From: Patescibacteria group bacterium
GTDB taxonomy: Bacteria; Patescibacteriota; Minisyncoccia; Phycocordibacterales; UBA12088
Assembly: GCA_015491245.1 (NCBI GenBank)
Contig: WFWH01000002.1
Span: 3,823 to 67,822, forward strand
Direction of reading: 5' to 3'
DNA length: 64,000 bases
The translations under genes and the position numbers were made by a program. Below are positions 41,405 to 50,713 of this stretch, piece after piece (positions within the stretch are counted from its first letter, which is position 1; the number at the start of each line of letters is the position of its first letter). The notes beneath the pieces are model-generated. The model worked only from the letters and a program-made list of their open reading frames with translations. It searched no databases and had not been told where the DNA came from.

Positions 41405-44206
41405 TTAGCGGCCGGCGGCCGCTCCCCGCAGCGCGCCCTGTTTCTCTTCACTCCTGCGCGCAAAGAAGCCGTTTAACTTGGTGAGGGCGATTTTTGCCCC
41501 CACAAGCGGCGCGCCGTAGCTGAAGTCAACACTGTCTGCAAATGCAGCGAGCACCAGCTCAAAGTCTTTGTCCTGCCATGTGCGGGTAAGCGCCACCACC
41601 TCTTTGTCAGGCTTGCGTCCGCCCTCCAGCCGCTGCTTGTACGCCTCATCCAACTCGCGCAGCATGAGGCGCAGGAGCGCATCCGGCTCAACTTGGGCCG
41701 CCTGCGTTTCCTGCAGGACGCGGTAGGCGCCGCGCTGGTCCCCCTGTGCGAGGGCAGACAAGAACTTTTTCATGCGGCGCCTGAGCGAGAGGCGCTCTTC
41801 CGCGGGAGCGGCTGTTTCCTGTTCCTGCTCCTGCACGTTGGCTGCTGGTTCTGCCGCGCCGTTTTTCTCGCGCATCGCCCCTGCGAGAGGCCCGTGCGGC
41901 ACCAAGGCGTCCGCGTCATGCGCCGCCTTCCCCTCCCCTTTATGGTACGGGGCGGAAGGCTGGCGTGCCGCAGCGCCTACCACCGCCGAGAGTGCCGCGG
42001 CGAGCGGCGACGCTTCCTCGCTCTTTCCTGCGGCTGCCTCCGTGCCGCGCTCCTCTCCAGAGTCCGCCTGCCGTATCTCTTCCTCGCGTTGCTTGCGGCC
42101 GCGGCGGCGCGCGAGCAGCATATGCACCCGCTCAGGCGAGAGGAGTATCCATCCGTCCTCGCGGGGGAACGTTTCCTTGGCGAGCGCGAGCACCTCCTCA
42201 ACGAGAGTGTCGCTTCCCTCCTTCTCTTCCGCGCGCAGGAGCGCATGCTGCGCTTGGGGAGAGAGCAGTATAGACTCCTGTTGCGCTGCCTGCTCCAGGG
42301 CTTTCTCGCGCGGTGCCTTCTCATGCGCTTCCAAGACGGGCGCTGCCACTGCAGACTGAGCGATCACCTCCTCCGTTTCCAGGCGTACGCCCTGTGGCTT
42401 ATTTTCTTCTGCCGCAGAGAGATGCGGAAGGGATGCCGCAGAGGGCCCCATGAGCCACTGCCACAGGCGCCGCGCTCCATCGCGCATGACTAAAAAGTAG
42501 GAGAGCGCCGCACTCACCGCGAGCAGAAATGCCCAAAATAGCGCGGTGACAAACGGACCCGCCTCAAACCCCGTGTAGGGGATTTGGTTCAGGTATACGA
42601 ACGAACCCGGCTTGGCTGTTACCACTTTTTTGGCGACGACCACTTTGGGCTTTTTTTGTTCGGGTTGGGGCTCATCTTTGTCCTCTTCTTCTTTGCTGCC
42701 GCAATTCAAACAGCGGCCCCCGCCTCCGCCGCCACTGGCGCGCGTGACCGACGCACTGCAAGACGCCTCATTGCCCTGCGCATCCTTGAAGACGCCGGTA
42801 TAGGTTTTAGCGCCGCCGGGCACGACCGCCCTGCTTCCCGTAGCGGCGACATCGCCCACATCGGGGGTAATGGTACCGCCCACAGCATTCACCGAGGTCC
42901 ACGAAAGCGTCACTGCTTGGGAAGCAGAGGTTACCCGTGCGGGCGACACGGTGAGCGTACACTGCGGAAACGCGTCTGTCACATACACCGCCACCGTCGT
43001 GCTGCAGGTGACGGCAGTGCCGTCACTCCCGGTAAAGGTTCCGGTAAACGTGGTAGTTTTGTTGAGGGGTACCGTCGTACTTCCCAACGCATCCACCGCA
43101 CCGATGCCTTGGTCTATGGACCCCCCGGTCACATGTTCCGCGCGCCAATAAATCGTAGTCGATGCTCCTGCGGCAACCTTTCCGGGTTCCGCCCAAAGTT
43201 CACACACCGGCGCTTTGGGGGCGGGCGGATCCCCCACTTTTTCAAATGCCGCACATATGGGGTAGACGCTATTGGGGGAACTGGTGTCGGGGTACACCGC
43301 ATGTTGGGCGTACACCTCCGTGACCGCCTCACTCAGAAGAAAGTTGCCGTCATGGACCTTGTTAACCTGCAGTGCCTCCACCACATTATCCTCCAAATCT
43401 ACCGTTGCGGCGGTGCCGCTTATGAATCCTTTGTCATTGGTGAGTATCACCTTGTAGCGCTCATCGGGCTGAGAAGCATTCTCGCGCCCTAGGTAACCAT
43501 CCCATGCCGCGAGGGTAACCGTATACAACCCCGGCGAGAGCGATACCGGTACGCGTGCGCTCTGCGCCTCCTTCCACCCCTTGTCGCTGCGCAGCTTTTT
43601 CTCGCCAAAAGAAACAATCGTGCGGTTTTCTCCCGGCGTAAGGGGGCACGCGGGACGTGCCGGAGGCTGCGGCGTTTCTTTTTCAGTCACCTGCACACAG
43701 CGCGGCACCACACTGTGCGGCTCATCGCTCTTGGGGTAGCGCACATGGCGCACCACCACGCGCGCCACGTCGCGCGAAAAAGAAATGTTGTCACCGAAAG
43801 AGCCGGTTACCTGCCCCAGCTCCACTCCGTCGGGCACATCCTCGGTGGGACCGAGCGTAACAACCTCATTGCCGTCAGCATCTAGGAACAACACCTTCCA
43901 CTGCTCCTCGTCTTGGCGATTTACATCCGCATTTTCACGCCCCACATACCCATCATAGGAGAAATAGCGCACCGTATATGTTCCCGCGGGAAAAGAAGCC
44001 TTGCGCGAGAATTCAGTAATGCCCTTGGAAGCTACCAAACGCTTGGTGCCAAAATCCACCACGCCCGCACCGGTAAAGGGACACGCGGCATCGCGTGCCT
44101 TGGTACCTGCCGCAAACGCGGGAACAGGCGCACCGGCAAACAGCAGCGCCAGCGCCGCAAAGGCAATGAGCGCGCGAGAGGTGAAGTGTAAGGTGTGGGT
44201 ACGCAT
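41405..44206 (-). CDS. 933-aa surface protein: signal, two tandem beta-domains, two Ig/PKD-like repeats, IPYTG motif, TM, large cytoplasmic domain
   Basis: Signal ...PVPAFA; repeated DGY(V/L)GRENA domains; two C...V..G..T..W...G...T.TG.F...C repeats; IPYTG at aa 542-546; TM FVTALFWAFLLAVSAALSYFLVM then RDGARR; ~360 further residues. Confidence 0.8.
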   Translation of the reverse strand: MRTHTLHFTSRALIAFAALALLFAGAPVPAFAAGTKARDAACPFTGAGVVDFGTKRLVASKGITEFSRKASFPAGTYTVRYFSYDGYVGRENADVNRQDEEQWKVLFLDADGNEVVTLGPTEDVPDGVELGQVTGSFGDNISFSRDVARVVVRHVRYPKSDEPHSVVPRCVQVTEKETPQPPARPACPLTPGENRTIVSFGEKKLRSDKGWKEAQSARVPVSLSPGLYTVTLAAWDGYLGRENASQPDERYKVILTNDKGFISGTAATVDLEDNVVEALQVNKVHDGNFLLSEAVTEVYAQHAVYPDTSSPNSVYPICAAFEKVGDPPAPKAPVCELWAEPGKVAAGASTTIYWRAEHVTGGSIDQGIGAVDALGSTTVPLNKTTTFTGTFTGSDGTAVTCSTTVAVYVTDAFPQCTLTVSPARVTSASQAVTLSWTSVNAVGGTITPDVGDVAATGSRAVVPGGAKTYTGVFKDAQGNEASCSASVTRASGGGGGGRCLNCGSKEEEDKDEPQPEQKKPKVVVAKKVVTAKPGSFVYLNQIPYTGFEAGPFVTALFWAFLLAVSAALSYFLVMRDGARRLWQWLMGPSAASLPHLSAAEENKPQGVRLETEEVIAQSAVAAPVLEAHEKAPREKALEQAAQQESILLSPQAQHALLRAEEKEGSDTLVEEVLALAKETFPREDGWILLSPERVHMLLARRRGRKQREEEIRQADSGEERGTEAAAGKSEEASPLAAALSAVVGAAARQPSAPYHKGEGKAAHDADALVPHGPLAGAMREKNGAAEPAANVQEQEQETAAPAEERLSLRRRMKKFLSALAQGDQRGAYRVLQETQAAQVEPDALLRLMLRELDEAYKQRLEGGRKPDKEVVALTRTWQDKDFELVLAAFADSVDFSYGAPLVGAKIALTKLNGFFARRSEEKQGALRGAAAGR

Positions 44207-44466
44207 AGTAGTCGTGGCTAATTAATGAGATTAAGTAAGGCGAATAAATAAAATAGGCGCTGCTGCACGTAATACCGCGCACATCCAGAGTGTATGCGTG
44301 TTATGGCAGGTGGCAAATTGGCACGTAGTGCCGCAGCGTCCTATTTTTCTTCAAACGAACGAAAGAGCGGTGGGCCGGTACGGCACCGCAGTGCCTTCTC
44401 AGGTATCGCGGTGCGCGCCCGTGCGCCTTTCGGAATTTTGAGAGAAGTATACAATATATGGAAAAA

Positions 44467-45297
44467 TTAGTCAATAATCGGGAATGCGCCGACAAAATAC
44501 GCCTCCACAAGGTAGCGCTCGTCTTCTTCGCCCAACACATTGCACGTAGCGAGCGTCAGCATGCGCGTTTCGGTGGAGAATACCACCGGCGTCTCCGGTG
44601 CCAACACCAGTGAGACACGCCGCACACGATACACATAGTTGGTGTCGCGCGTTTGTATCTTGATGATGTCTCCCTCTAAAAGCTCCTTGAGGCGGTTGAA
44701 AACCTTGTAGTTTTTATTCCGCACATACGGCAGCTCGCTGGAGTGCCCAAACAGGAATACGTTGGAGACATCATCCATAAAGCCCGAGGTGGGATAGTGC
44801 ACCACCCCGCGCATGAGTGCCTCCTCTAACACAGGTATGGCGGTGCTCGACGGCGAGATTACCGGTGCGTCCACCTTAATGCGGGGAATGATGATCCTGC
44901 GTGGCGCGCTTGCCGGCAGGGGGCCGGTGCGCACCGCGCGCGCAGGGGTTCCCTCGGTCTTAATGCGTAGGGTATTGTTTCTCTCGGCGGCGGCTGCCGC
45001 CGCAGGGGTATCAGGCGTGGCGGTCTGTGCAGTGGTATCAGATTCTGGTTTTTCCTGTGTTGTGAGTGTAGATGCGGCAGCCGCCGCGCGCTCTCCGGAA
45101 CGCGCAGGAGGTGCGGCGGCTCCAGGCTCGTTCGCGTGCGCTGCGGGTTCCGGCAGGATATCAAAAAACGCGAACGTGCCGCTCAGGAATGCAAATAGCA
45201 CCCCCCATACGGCAAGGTATGCGGCATACCCGCGGATGCCCGGGGTGTGTGCGCGCGTGTAAGTGCTGCGGTGAGGTATGGGATGAGAAAATTGCAT
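44467..45297 (-). CDS. sortase
   Basis: N-terminal TM, A/P/T linker, IIIPRIKVDAPV, GVVHYP, NVFLFGH, FNRLKELLEGD, LTLATC and downstream R (His-Cys-Arg triad). Confidence 0.92.
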   Translation of the reverse strand: MQFSHPIPHRSTYTRAHTPGIRGYAAYLAVWGVLFAFLSGTFAFFDILPEPAAHANEPGAAAPPARSGERAAAAASTLTTQEKPESDTTAQTATPDTPAAAAAAERNNTLRIKTEGTPARAVRTGPLPASAPRRIIIPRIKVDAPVISPSSTAIPVLEEALMRGVVHYPTSGFMDDVSNVFLFGHSSELPYVRNKNYKVFNRLKELLEGDIIKIQTRDTNYVYRVRRVSLVLAPETPVVFSTETRMLTLATCNVLGEEDERYLVEAYFVGAFPIID

Positions 45298-45313
45298 GGT
45301 TTACTGTGTTTAT

Positions 45314-45342
45314 ATTTTACCACAAAAAAATATATGAGTCAA
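45314..45342 (-). promoter_or_regulatory. promoter for the sortase gene
   Basis: TTGACT (45342-45337), 17 nt, TG-extended TAAAAT (45319-45314). Confidence 0.7.
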
Positions 45343-45431
45343 ACTATACTACCACACACCGAAAGGCGCCGTGAGCAGCGCCGCGCCGCAGCACCCATAC
45401 CCCCTCCCCGACCGAGCGGAAAGGGTGACAT

Positions 45432-45460
45432 TTGACACAAAAAATCAAACATGGTATCAT
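45432..45460 (+). promoter_or_regulatory. divergent promoter for the 45732 gene
   Basis: TTGACA (45432-45437), 17 nt, TG-extended TATCAT (45455-45460). Confidence 0.7.
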
Positions 45461-45731
45461 CATGCCGGTTCTCATCTGTTCTCCACTTTTTCTTCCCTAC
45501 AGAATCTTAAGAGGAATCAAAAAACAATACTCTTGTTGTTGGTGCAGCGAGCGTTCCCTGCGACCGCGCCCACAAGTGCGCGCCGCCGGACCTGCGCCAT
45601 GGCGCCATGGTGTAGTGCCGAAGATTACTTTCATTAGTGCATAATATCTTAAATTACCCACCCTAATTAAATAATCAATAAACAAAAAACCATTACCCGA
45701 TTGCCATTAGCGCCCTAAACCTTACACACGT

Positions 45732-46961
45732 ATGATGCACGCCACACACTCTCGCCAGAACACCCCGGAGCCTCAGGAAACCCAGAATGATGCCGCCGCT
45801 GACGCCGCGGGCGCTTCGGCAGAGGCGCACACCTCTCACCCGGCGGTAAAGTTGTTTGCCCTCATTGGCCTTACCGCGATTCTCTTTGCAGGTGCGTGGT
45901 TCTCCGTTAAACTGGTTCAGTGGCTCCCGGGTATCAGCTCCGCCGCTTCTACCTTTACCCTGCGCGAGGTGTTGCCCTTCCCTTTTGGGAACGGAGAAGG
46001 GGCGCGAAAAGGGGCACTGCGCCTCACACTCCCTTCACTGAGTGTAGCGCATGGGGCACCCTTCACTCTCTCCTGGGAATACCCCGGCACGCCGGAAGGC
46101 GCTCCACTATACGCACTCTCCTACACTTGCGCAGAAGGGGTCTCGCTCAGCGTGGTAGATGGGCTCACGATACGCGACCTTCCGTGCGGCACTCCCTACC
46201 GATTCTCCAGTGAGAGCAGAAAAATGCTCCTGGTGCCGCGCTCTTTGAAAAACCGCTTTATTGACGTAACCCTCTCCCTGGTGCTGTTGCGTGCCGATGG
46301 TACGCCGCGCGAGGATACCCGCGCCACGCAAATCATTACCATCGTAAACGAGCGCATCAGTGACAGTCCCTCACTGCGCTCCCCGAAAAAGGGGCAGCGC
46401 GCGCCCGGCCAAGGCAGCACAGGAGACACGAATGCGCCGGAAGCGGTGTCGCGCACCGAGGATGCGGTGCGGGCCGCACCGCAAACCCGCGCGCCGCAAA
46501 AGCCGGTAACGGTATTCGTACCCAATCCCAAGACACGCGAAAATCCCAGTGGCGCGCCTGATCTGGCGGTAGAGGCGCTCACCGTGGGCGCTTCGGTGAC
46601 GGTAAACGGAAAAGACATTTTTGTGCCGCGCACCACCATTGCCGGCTCTGCGACGCCCACTATTTCCTTCCGGGTATCCAATCAAGGCGATAAGCGCAGC
46701 GGCAGCGCATGGCGCTTCCGCTTAACCATCCCCCTGAAGGGTGGGCAAACCTTCACCTACACCTCACCCGCGCAGGAAGTGCTGAAACCCGGAGACTATA
46801 TAGAGTACACCGTTGGTTTGGAGGAACTGGAAGCGGGATCCTATACCGCTACCGTAACCCTCCTCAAGGTTGCGGGCGACAAAAAAGATGCCAACAACCG
46901 CGCCGAGGTATCGTGGAAAGTGGTGTCCTCCGCGCAGGGTAAAGATAAAAACAACTCTTAG
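45732..46961 (+). CDS. membrane-anchored surface protein with a C-terminal CARDB-like Ig domain
   Basis: TM LFALIGLTAILFAGAWFSV; C-terminal PDLAV...FRVSNQG...LKPGD...GSYTATV...DANNRAEV pattern. Confidence 0.65.
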   Translation: MMHATHSRQNTPEPQETQNDAAADAAGASAEAHTSHPAVKLFALIGLTAILFAGAWFSVKLVQWLPGISSAASTFTLREVLPFPFGNGEGARKGALRLTLPSLSVAHGAPFTLSWEYPGTPEGAPLYALSYTCAEGVSLSVVDGLTIRDLPCGTPYRFSSESRKMLLVPRSLKNRFIDVTLSLVLLRADGTPREDTRATQIITIVNERISDSPSLRSPKKGQRAPGQGSTGDTNAPEAVSRTEDAVRAAPQTRAPQKPVTVFVPNPKTRENPSGAPDLAVEALTVGASVTVNGKDIFVPRTTIAGSATPTISFRVSNQGDKRSGSAWRFRLTIPLKGGQTFTYTSPAQEVLKPGDYIEYTVGLEELEAGSYTATVTLLKVAGDKKDANNRAEVSWKVVSSAQGKDKNNS

Positions 46962-47052
46962 GGAACATACCGGCGCTGCCCAATGCCCGAAAGCGGTGCG
47001 AGATGCGCCCTTGCCCCTATGGGGCGTCAAGAGACATACGCCACGCACCCAG

Positions 47053-47090
47053 AAAAAACCCAGCGGCACTGCACTGCCGCTGGGTTTTTT
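47053..47090. terminator. bidirectional intrinsic terminator
   Basis: AAAAAACCCAGCGGCA-CTGCAC-TGCCGCTGGGTTTTTT between the convergent 45732 gene and gyrB. Confidence 0.85.
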
Positions 47091-47124
47091 GCGTGGGCTG
47101 CGCGCCGCGCGAGGCTTTGCGGTA

Positions 47125-49206
47125 CTACACATCCAAAGTCGCCTCCTTTGCGTTGGTTTGGATGAATGTCTTGCGCGCGCCCACATCCGTTCCCATCAAG
47201 GTATCAAATACCGCATCCGCCTCGCGCGCGTCCTCAATGGTGACCTGCTTGAGCACCCTGCGGGAAGGATTCATGGTAGTCTCCCACAACTCTTCGGGGT
47301 TCATCTCCCCAAGCCCCTTGTAGCGCTGAATGGCGATACGCGGCTCTTTTTTGTCTGCAGGTGCCGCTTCCTCTTCTCCGCCCTCTTCCACTGTACCCAC
47401 CGCGTCCGCTTCCGCCGCATCACCGCCCCACGCTTTCACCACTGCGTGCTTTTCCTCATCGCTGTAGGCATAGCGCACCTCTTTCCCCTTCACCATCTTG
47501 TAGAGGGGCGGCTGGGCGATGTAGAGATGGCCCTCCTCAATGAGAGGCCGGAAGTGGCGGTAGAAAAGGGTGAGCAGGAGCGTGCGAATGTGCGCGCCAT
47601 CTACGTCAGCATCAGTGGCAATAATGATTTTATGGTAGCGCAGTTTGCCGGCATCAAACACATCGCCAATCGCCGTACCCAGCGCCACCACCAGTGCCTT
47701 AATTTCATTATTGGCGAGCATGCGGTCCAAGCGCGCGCGTTCCACATTTAAGATTTTTCCCCGCAAAGGGAGAATAGCCTGCACCCTGCGGTCGCGTCCC
47801 ATCTTCGCCGAGCCGCCCGCAGAATCCCCCTCCACGATGAAGAGCTCCGCCTCGTCTTTTTTGCGCGTTTGGCAATCGGCAAGTTTTCCGGGAAGCGTGA
47901 GGCCCTCCAGCGCCCCCTTGCGCAACACAGAATCCTTGGCGGCTTTGGCGGCTTTGCGCGCCTTCATGGCAAGCAGCGCCTTCCCCACAATTGCCTTGGC
48001 GTCATCGGGGTGCTCTTCCAAAAAGGCGGAAAATGCGTCACTGAAGACCGATTCCACCGCGCTGCGCGCCTCCACCGAGCCGAGCTTGGCTTTGGTTTGC
48101 CCCTCAAACTGCACCTCCCGCAACTTCACCGATACCACGGCGGTAAGGCCCTCCATCACGTCTTCCCCGGTAAAGTTTTCATCCTTATCCTTAATCAAAT
48201 TATTTTTCCGCGCATAGCTGTTAACCGTGCGCGTGAGCGCGGTTTTGAATCCGGTGATGTGCATGCCGCCCTCGGGATTGTAGATATTATTGGCATAGGC
48301 GGCAATGCGGGAGGAGATGTCATCCACGTACTGCAGCGCCACCTCCACCGAGAGCACGTTATCATCCAATGACTCTCGCGCTGCGTAAAAAATGTTTTTG
48401 TGCAGCGGCTTTTGGTGGGCGTTGTAGAACGCCACCAGAGAACGAAGTCCGCCCTCAAAATAAAATGACATGGAGGGAACCTCAATGCCCCGTGCGTGCA
48501 AATAGGGTGCGGGATCCGGCGCGCCTTCGCGCGTCAGTGGCTCCTTCCCGGCATACGCGCGCGCATCTAGAATGGTGATGCGCATGCTGCGCACCAAATA
48601 GGCCTGATTGCGCAGGTGGTTTACCATGCGCTTCCAATCAAACGCGATTTCTTTAAAAATTTCCGGATCGGGCTCAAAGGTGACGATAGTGCCGTGAAAA
48701 TCTGTGGTGCCTACTTTCTTCACCCGTGCGCGCGGCACACCCCTCTCATACTCTTGGAGATAGACACCCCCTTCGCGGTGCACCTCTACCTTGGCATACA
48801 CGGAAAGCGCATTCACCACCGAAACCCCCACCCCGTGCAAGCCGCCGGAAACCTTGTATCCCTCGCCGCCGAATTTGCCCCCTGCATGGAGCGTGGTCAT
48901 AATCGTCTCCAATGCAGACACTTTGGTTTGCGGGTGGGTGTCCACGGGAATGCCCCTGCCGTTATCCACCACGCGCACGCGGTTGTGCGGCAGCAGCGCA
49001 ACCTCTATGGAATCCGCAAAGCCGCCCATGGCCTCGTCGCGGGAATTGTCAAACACCTCCCATATCAAATGGTGCAGACCGTCAGGGCCCGTGGTGCCAA
49101 TGTACATGCCCGGGCGCTTGCGCACCGGCTCCAGCCCTTCCAAGACGGTAATAGCACGGGCGTCATAGCGGTGGCCCGCTTCGGTTGCTTTGGTTTTTTT
49201 AGCCAT
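47125..49206 (-). CDS. gyrB: DNA gyrase subunit B
   Basis: LEPVRKRPGMYIG, DNGRGIP, GGLHGVG, EGDSAGG, PLRGKILN, DADVDG, QRYKGLGEM. Confidence 0.96.
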   Translation of the reverse strand: MAKKTKATEAGHRYDARAITVLEGLEPVRKRPGMYIGTTGPDGLHHLIWEVFDNSRDEAMGGFADSIEVALLPHNRVRVVDNGRGIPVDTHPQTKVSALETIMTTLHAGGKFGGEGYKVSGGLHGVGVSVVNALSVYAKVEVHREGGVYLQEYERGVPRARVKKVGTTDFHGTIVTFEPDPEIFKEIAFDWKRMVNHLRNQAYLVRSMRITILDARAYAGKEPLTREGAPDPAPYLHARGIEVPSMSFYFEGGLRSLVAFYNAHQKPLHKNIFYAARESLDDNVLSVEVALQYVDDISSRIAAYANNIYNPEGGMHITGFKTALTRTVNSYARKNNLIKDKDENFTGEDVMEGLTAVVSVKLREVQFEGQTKAKLGSVEARSAVESVFSDAFSAFLEEHPDDAKAIVGKALLAMKARKAAKAAKDSVLRKGALEGLTLPGKLADCQTRKKDEAELFIVEGDSAGGSAKMGRDRRVQAILPLRGKILNVERARLDRMLANNEIKALVVALGTAIGDVFDAGKLRYHKIIIATDADVDGAHIRTLLLTLFYRHFRPLIEEGHLYIAQPPLYKMVKGKEVRYAYSDEEKHAVVKAWGGDAAEADAVGTVEEGGEEEAAPADKKEPRIAIQRYKGLGEMNPEELWETTMNPSRRVLKQVTIEDAREADAVFDTLMGTDVGARKTFIQTNAKEATLDV

Positions 49207-49291
49207 AATAAAAAAGCGAACGCGTGACAGTGCGCCACGATTTCCCTTTTAGTATAGCAAATTTTCTCCCTACCCGCGAGGCGGCACTGCC

Positions 49292-49321
49292 AAAAAAACC
49301 GGCGTGTTGCGCCGGTTTTTT
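49292..49321. terminator. intrinsic terminator downstream of the 49355 gene
   Basis: AAAAAAACCGGCG-TGTTG-CGCCGGTTTTTT. Confidence 0.75.
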
Positions 49322-49354
49322 CTCTCTTGCCCTGGGCCCTGGAGCGGGCCGCGG

Positions 49355-50113
49355 CTACGCTTCCTGGAAGGCGGCGCGCAGATCTTCGGAGGCGGCGCGC
49401 ACCTCTTCTTTGAATGCGGCAATGGCGGCATCCACCTTCGCCTTCTGCGCCTCACGAAGCGCGCGGTGCGCCTCGCGCCCGCTCTCGCGCAAGCCTTTCA
49501 GGGAAGCGCGGAATTCCTCCAGTGCGGTGCGCAGCGTGGCGCGCAACGCCTCGCGAATTTTTGCGCGGTCTTTCCCCTCCGCGCAAGCGGTGCGGAGGTC
49601 CTCCATCGCGGCGTCTGCAGCCGTGCGCAGCGCGCGCAGCGCATCCTGTATTTTTTCAAACCGCTCGCCCACCAAGTCATCTATGCCCTGCCGGTATGCC
49701 GCAATCGCTGCATCCACTGCCGCGCGGCGCGCGGCAACCGCATCTTCCACGCGGGTGCGGAACGCTGCTACCGCTTCTTTTTGCACATCAGTTTTCGCTT
49801 TCGCCTCTAAACGCGCATAGCGCTCCGCACGGCGCGCATCGGCGGCGGCGCGGCGCGCCGTCAATTTTTCATCTTGGCGCGCGCGGCGCGCGGCGCGGCG
49901 CTCTTGGATCAGCGCTTTCTTCTCACGCAGTTTTTGCTCACGCTTCTCTACCCCGCGCGCCGCTCTTTGGGCAATCTCATCCACTCGTGAACAGAAACCG
50001 GCGATTCTCCCCGCGGGTGTGCTCTCTTGGGCGAATACGGTGCCACCCGCCGGGAAGAGCAGCGACAGCACCAAAAGTGATAAGAGTCCTGTGTGGTACG
50101 TCTTGCTTTTCAT
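49355..50113 (-). CDS. exported, highly charged all-alpha hypothetical protein
   Basis: Signal GLLSLLVLSLLFPAGGTVFA; A/R/E/K-rich helical body with two Cys. Confidence 0.7.
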   Translation of the reverse strand: MKSKTYHTGLLSLLVLSLLFPAGGTVFAQESTPAGRIAGFCSRVDEIAQRAARGVEKREQKLREKKALIQERRAARRARQDEKLTARRAAADARRAERYARLEAKAKTDVQKEAVAAFRTRVEDAVAARRAAVDAAIAAYRQGIDDLVGERFEKIQDALRALRTAADAAMEDLRTACAEGKDRAKIREALRATLRTALEEFRASLKGLRESGREAHRALREAQKAKVDAAIAAFKEEVRAASEDLRAAFQEA

Positions 50114-50166
50114 AGGTAACGTACAATGGATTAAAAGGCCACCGCCACGTTGCGGCATAGGCACCG

Positions 50167-50544
50167 TTACTGATAAAGGGGTTCGGTTTCGTCCACCTGC
50201 GTGCTCTCCTCTACGTCGGCGGATTCGTCCGCCGCGGCAAAATCTTCGGCACTTGCATCCCCATCGGCGAGCAAGTCGCGCACCACGCTATCCACCGCCG
50301 CCGCACCCTCATTCTGTGCCGCGGGAGCGGGTGCGGTGGCGGTATTTTCAGTGTTTGCCGCCGGTGCACTCTCAGCGGGAGATGTTGGCGACGTGCGCGG
50401 GGTTGGGGTGGATTGGGTAGATTGCGTATCAGAGGCTACTTCCCCGGGATACGGCATATCCGCGTATACCGCATAGAGCAGCACCGCCACAGAGGTAATG
50501 GCGATAAGGCCCCATATGACCATACGCGGTGTTACGGCATTCAT
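50167..50544 (-). CDS. small membrane-anchored low-complexity acidic protein
   Basis: TM VIWGLIAITSVAVLLYAVYA; T/P/A then D/E-rich tail; co-oriented with the 49355 gene. Confidence 0.6.
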   Translation of the reverse strand: MNAVTPRMVIWGLIAITSVAVLLYAVYADMPYPGEVASDTQSTQSTPTPRTSPTSPAESAPAANTENTATAPAPAAQNEGAAAVDSVVRDLLADGDASAEDFAAADESADVEESTQVDETEPLYQ

Positions 50545-50713
50545 ACGTAATCGCAAGAGATAGTTAAGGTGAATAAAAGCGACCTATAAACCAGCGAAAA
50601 GGGCGCGGCAGCGCCGCGTATACTACGCTTATGCTACGTATACTATAAGGAGAGGTACGCCGCGCGTAAATGCGAATAATACACAGGGAGGAGGGCGCCG
50701 GTAACCGCAGCAC

